This document shows positions 60,781 through 64,000 of a DNA stretch of 64,000 nt, in pieces. This DNA comes from Harriotta raleighana (taxonomy: Eukaryota): assembly GCA_050575255.1 (NCBI GenBank), contig JBNZDD010013729.1, forward strand, positions 4,842,731 through 4,906,730, written 5' to 3'. The translations under genes were made by a program, and so were the position numbers. The notes below the pieces were generated by a model. That model did no database searches, was not told the DNA's origin, and saw only the letters and a list, made by a program, of their open reading frames with translations. Every line of letters begins with the position of its first letter. Position 1 is the stretch's first letter.

Positions 60781-63139
60781 TCTGTTGCTTTACACACAGC
60801 AATCCACTGTGTGAAGGTAATGTCTCAGAGCTCTTCACTATGGCAAGCTAGGACACCGAGCAGTCAGGAAGGGGACAGGGAACATAGGCATGGTCGAGGA
60901 GGTAGTTTTTAAGGTATGATTTACAGATAGAAACAGAGGGGTAGAGGTATGCAGTTTCAAAGATTGGCAGTTTAATGCCTGAGATTGGGGGTTTCAAACA
61001 CAATCTAATGTTACTTTCCAATTTGTTAAGCTTCACCTTTTAAACACAGCAAAATCACATTAAAAAAACACAAGCATCGAAATCCTTCCCATGCAAATAT
61101 ATTTCCGCGGTATTTGTCAGTTGCATAACTTGCTGGCACTTCAGCGAATCTCTCTCAATTCTCAGAGAGTAAAAAAAACATTCCCAAACAAAATCAAATC
61201 AGGCAATCCAAAGGTCCTTTGCAAGTAATTTGCATAAGTGCATATTAAAAACAAACAGCGTTCTAATCTACAATAAATGACAGGAAGCGATTTACAAGAT
61301 TGCTGTCTAATCTCAGGAATCGGCTAACTCCCGATTTATGTGGAAGGTGTGAGGGGCCAATTTGGATTTAACATTGCATTCGCTCTGCCCTGACCTACAT
61401 TTCTCTGCCGTTGTATAATAACACAGACTTAATAGCGAGTGAGAGTGTTCCGTTCGCTAAGCGCAACGACTGCAGGAGGGAGTGAACAGGTGAAGAAACG
61501 TCACCCGGTTGTCCAAATCACAGTTGCTAGACGCCAGCTTTCACCCGTGCTGCGGAAAAATCACTTTCTGTGGTACACTGTGGACAGTTATTCTTCCACA
61601 TTCTGTCGGTCACTGACAGCTCTGGTCACGGTGGGATGGCGGCCTGTTTCAATCGGGGTGTTTGTGTTCGTATGGCGCCTTTTGCTTCATTATCCATGCT
61701 GACAGCAACCCCAGCATTGGACACTATTGCCCGTCATGTTGAGATTGAGCAGTGTCAGAAATCAGACAGCTGACAGAGCAGTCTTTCACTGAATTTTTTT
61801 TTTGACCCCCCAATGTCATAGTAAGTAATTAGAATACTTGCATTTGACGTGCGTAGCGCTTTTCACGTCTGCCAGACGTCTCAAGTGGTTAATATAAATG
61901 ACTGCTGTATTGGTTCCCTCCTGTCCTGTTACAGTCTGGGGTGTCGATCCAAGGCTGTTTCTGGCTGCCCTACTTGTTCACGAAACACACAGTCACTACA
62001 CATAATCGTAATAATTGTTGACATAATGCCACATCGTTCAGATGTCTCACAGCACTTCACAGAATACACTGTAACGCGAACGTATGTATTTTGACGGCGA
62101 AACGCTGCAACTAATTGTACACAGCAGTGTCCCACATGGAGTAACCTTGCAGTGTATCCCATGAAGCACTTTGAGATGTCCAAATGAAAAACAAATCCCC
62201 GAATGCATTCAGCTCAGCAGGCCAGTGAGCTATAATAGGCTTGTGATTAAATCTGCATGAAAACAAACCTCTTCTTTGACAAGATCTTGCATGAGAACTG
62301 GATCATCAGAGAATAAATCCTATCCCATGCACATGTGAGTTAGAGAAGGTTAACAAAGTAGAGCGCAGACTGATGCGTAGCCTAATCCCTTCAAAGAGAA
62401 ACCAAGAGAATAGCAATGGACGCGTACATAGTCTTGAGATCACACAGACATTAAGGAGAAGAGAAGCAGAGACTGTGCGGTGCAAGATTGCCGGGGATAT
62501 TGTCCAGATAGACAACTGCCAGCAACTGAACTGCCAGCAAGCTTGGATATCCAATAGATTGGCATGGAAATCCAATGGACAGATGCGGAGCATTTCAATT
62601 ACCAGAGAACTAGAAACAGCACCGATGGATAGGCATGAGATTGTCAGGTAAATTCAATGTCCTAGACAGTCAGCAAATAGGCCATGAGGGAAATCAGACG
62701 TACAAGGCACCACAATGTTAAAACTCTGTTGAATTCTGTGCCTGGCCAGTTCGAATGTTGAGGGAACCAAGCCCTGATTTCCAAATGTTTACCCTGGCAT
62801 CATGCCAGGTGAAAAACAGCACTCTTGGTTTTTAGGGCGTGGGATTTGTACACGTTTCAATTCAATCTCCCGTTCCGCCTCACCTCAGAGGTAAACACTT
62901 AATGGCAAAGCACTAAAAATAGCAATCGACTTACTTACTCAACGCTCATCTCATTAACTTAAGGAATTGGCGTCCGCTGTTACAGAACCTCTATGACACC
63001 GACGTTCCTTTTGCTTTAGTACAGGGAGTGGTTTGTGGTCAGTGGTTTTGATTGAAGACTTTCCCTGCCCTACAGGCAAGTGTCTCATGTCAGATAAATG
63101 TCTCCACAGGCCCCCGGAGTTTCAAATAAATGGACAGTT

Positions 63140-63430
63140 GGACATCACGGTGAGGTTCTGTCTGGAGCGTTGCATTGCCGGAGACAACTGTGCCTATGCC
63201 TGTTCAGGTGCCCATTAAGGATTGAAAGGAGAAGGGAGTTTCTCTCCAGGAGTATCCTGGCCAACAATCCCCAAGATGGAACTGATCATTCTGGTCATGT
63301 TTGCGAGACAATTGGCTGTCGCTTTCGCCAACAAAATGCAAAGTCGCTGCACATTACAGTGTATTCCACGCAGTGAATTGAGACTTCCTGACATGAAAGG
63401 TTAGTTACATTAACTGCAAGGATTATTATT
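63140..63430 (+). mobile_element. Old Deu SINE
   Basis: ttcaggtg...ggagaagggagtttctctccaggagtatcctggccaacaatccc...caattggctg...tgcaaggattattatt. Confidence 0.72.
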
Positions 63431-64000
63431 GTGATTTATCCTGCTCGCACTGTCACTCCACTTCACAGTAAATCCCGTGGGATGTCCTCCAGATATGAAA
63501 GGCGCTGTACTGAACACAAAGGTTATTATTACCTCCACATTAAACATCCTAAATAGTTCTGTACAGATAGATTTCTAAACTTCAGCTGCCTTTAACATGC
63601 TCCCACCCCCACAATCTCAGCCTCCCCACCACAGCGATGACACCAGTGGGTTTAGATGGACAATTGGCCATGCCTCCCCTGGACTACTTGTGTGTCATTG
63701 CTACATTGAAAAGAAAGACAGTTCGAAGAATTCATATTGGTTCAGAAATTCGGAGATGAGTGAGTTTGAGATATCACAGAGGATGAATCCCGATGCTGAT
63801 TGGGGTCAATTCCAAGCATATTCGGGAGAGCTTGTGAGCAATCACAGTCAGTCCCAGTTAATGGGCACATTATTTTGCTGGGTGGGGGGGGGAGTGGGGG
63901 GGGAATTTTCTCCAGCTCCTAATTGATTTATTATGTCCTTCAATCTAATCCTCAAAAGCTTTTGCTGAATGGACGCAATCTGATCATGAAGGCAATTTTA

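Noticed and set aside
62373-62651. 92-aa plus-strand ORF ending near a cag|gtaaat donor
   Set aside because: No recognisable family and no supporting neighbouring exons.

Overview
Vertebrate nuclear DNA, most likely from a cartilaginous fish (elephant-shark/chimaera-like; inferred only from the repeat content). No host protein-coding gene, RNA gene or CRISPR array could be supported, so the window reads as a large intron or gene desert. It is densely filled with retroposons: young ~300-bp tRNA-headed SINEs, older Deu-domain (SacSINE1-like) SINEs, and 5'-truncated L2 and CR1 LINE fragments. It also holds one 800-bp TA-flanked Tc1/mariner (pogo/Tigger-like) MITE and simple repeats. Almost all ORFs in the supplied track are repeat read-throughs or chance; only the L2 and CR1 reverse-transcriptase C-termini are recognisable. 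Most of the twelve single N bases separate near-identical duplicated blocks, which look like assembly joins of two haplotypes. Best leads: (i) a stepwise SINE lineage in which a tRNA+CORE-like head was joined to a Deu/L2-type tail and then trimmed; (ii) a cluster of hairpins/inverted repeats in unique DNA at 47-49 kb and 56.6 kb, one with pre-miRNA dimensions; (iii) two diverged ~270-bp direct copies (28.5 and 30.5 kb) that both keep a minus-strand splice acceptor; (iv) a candidate 21-nt microexon; (v) a probable heterozygous SINE-in-SINE insertion. I did not find a convincing new multi-gene system. Repeat boundaries were read by eye and are approximate (about +/-15 bp).
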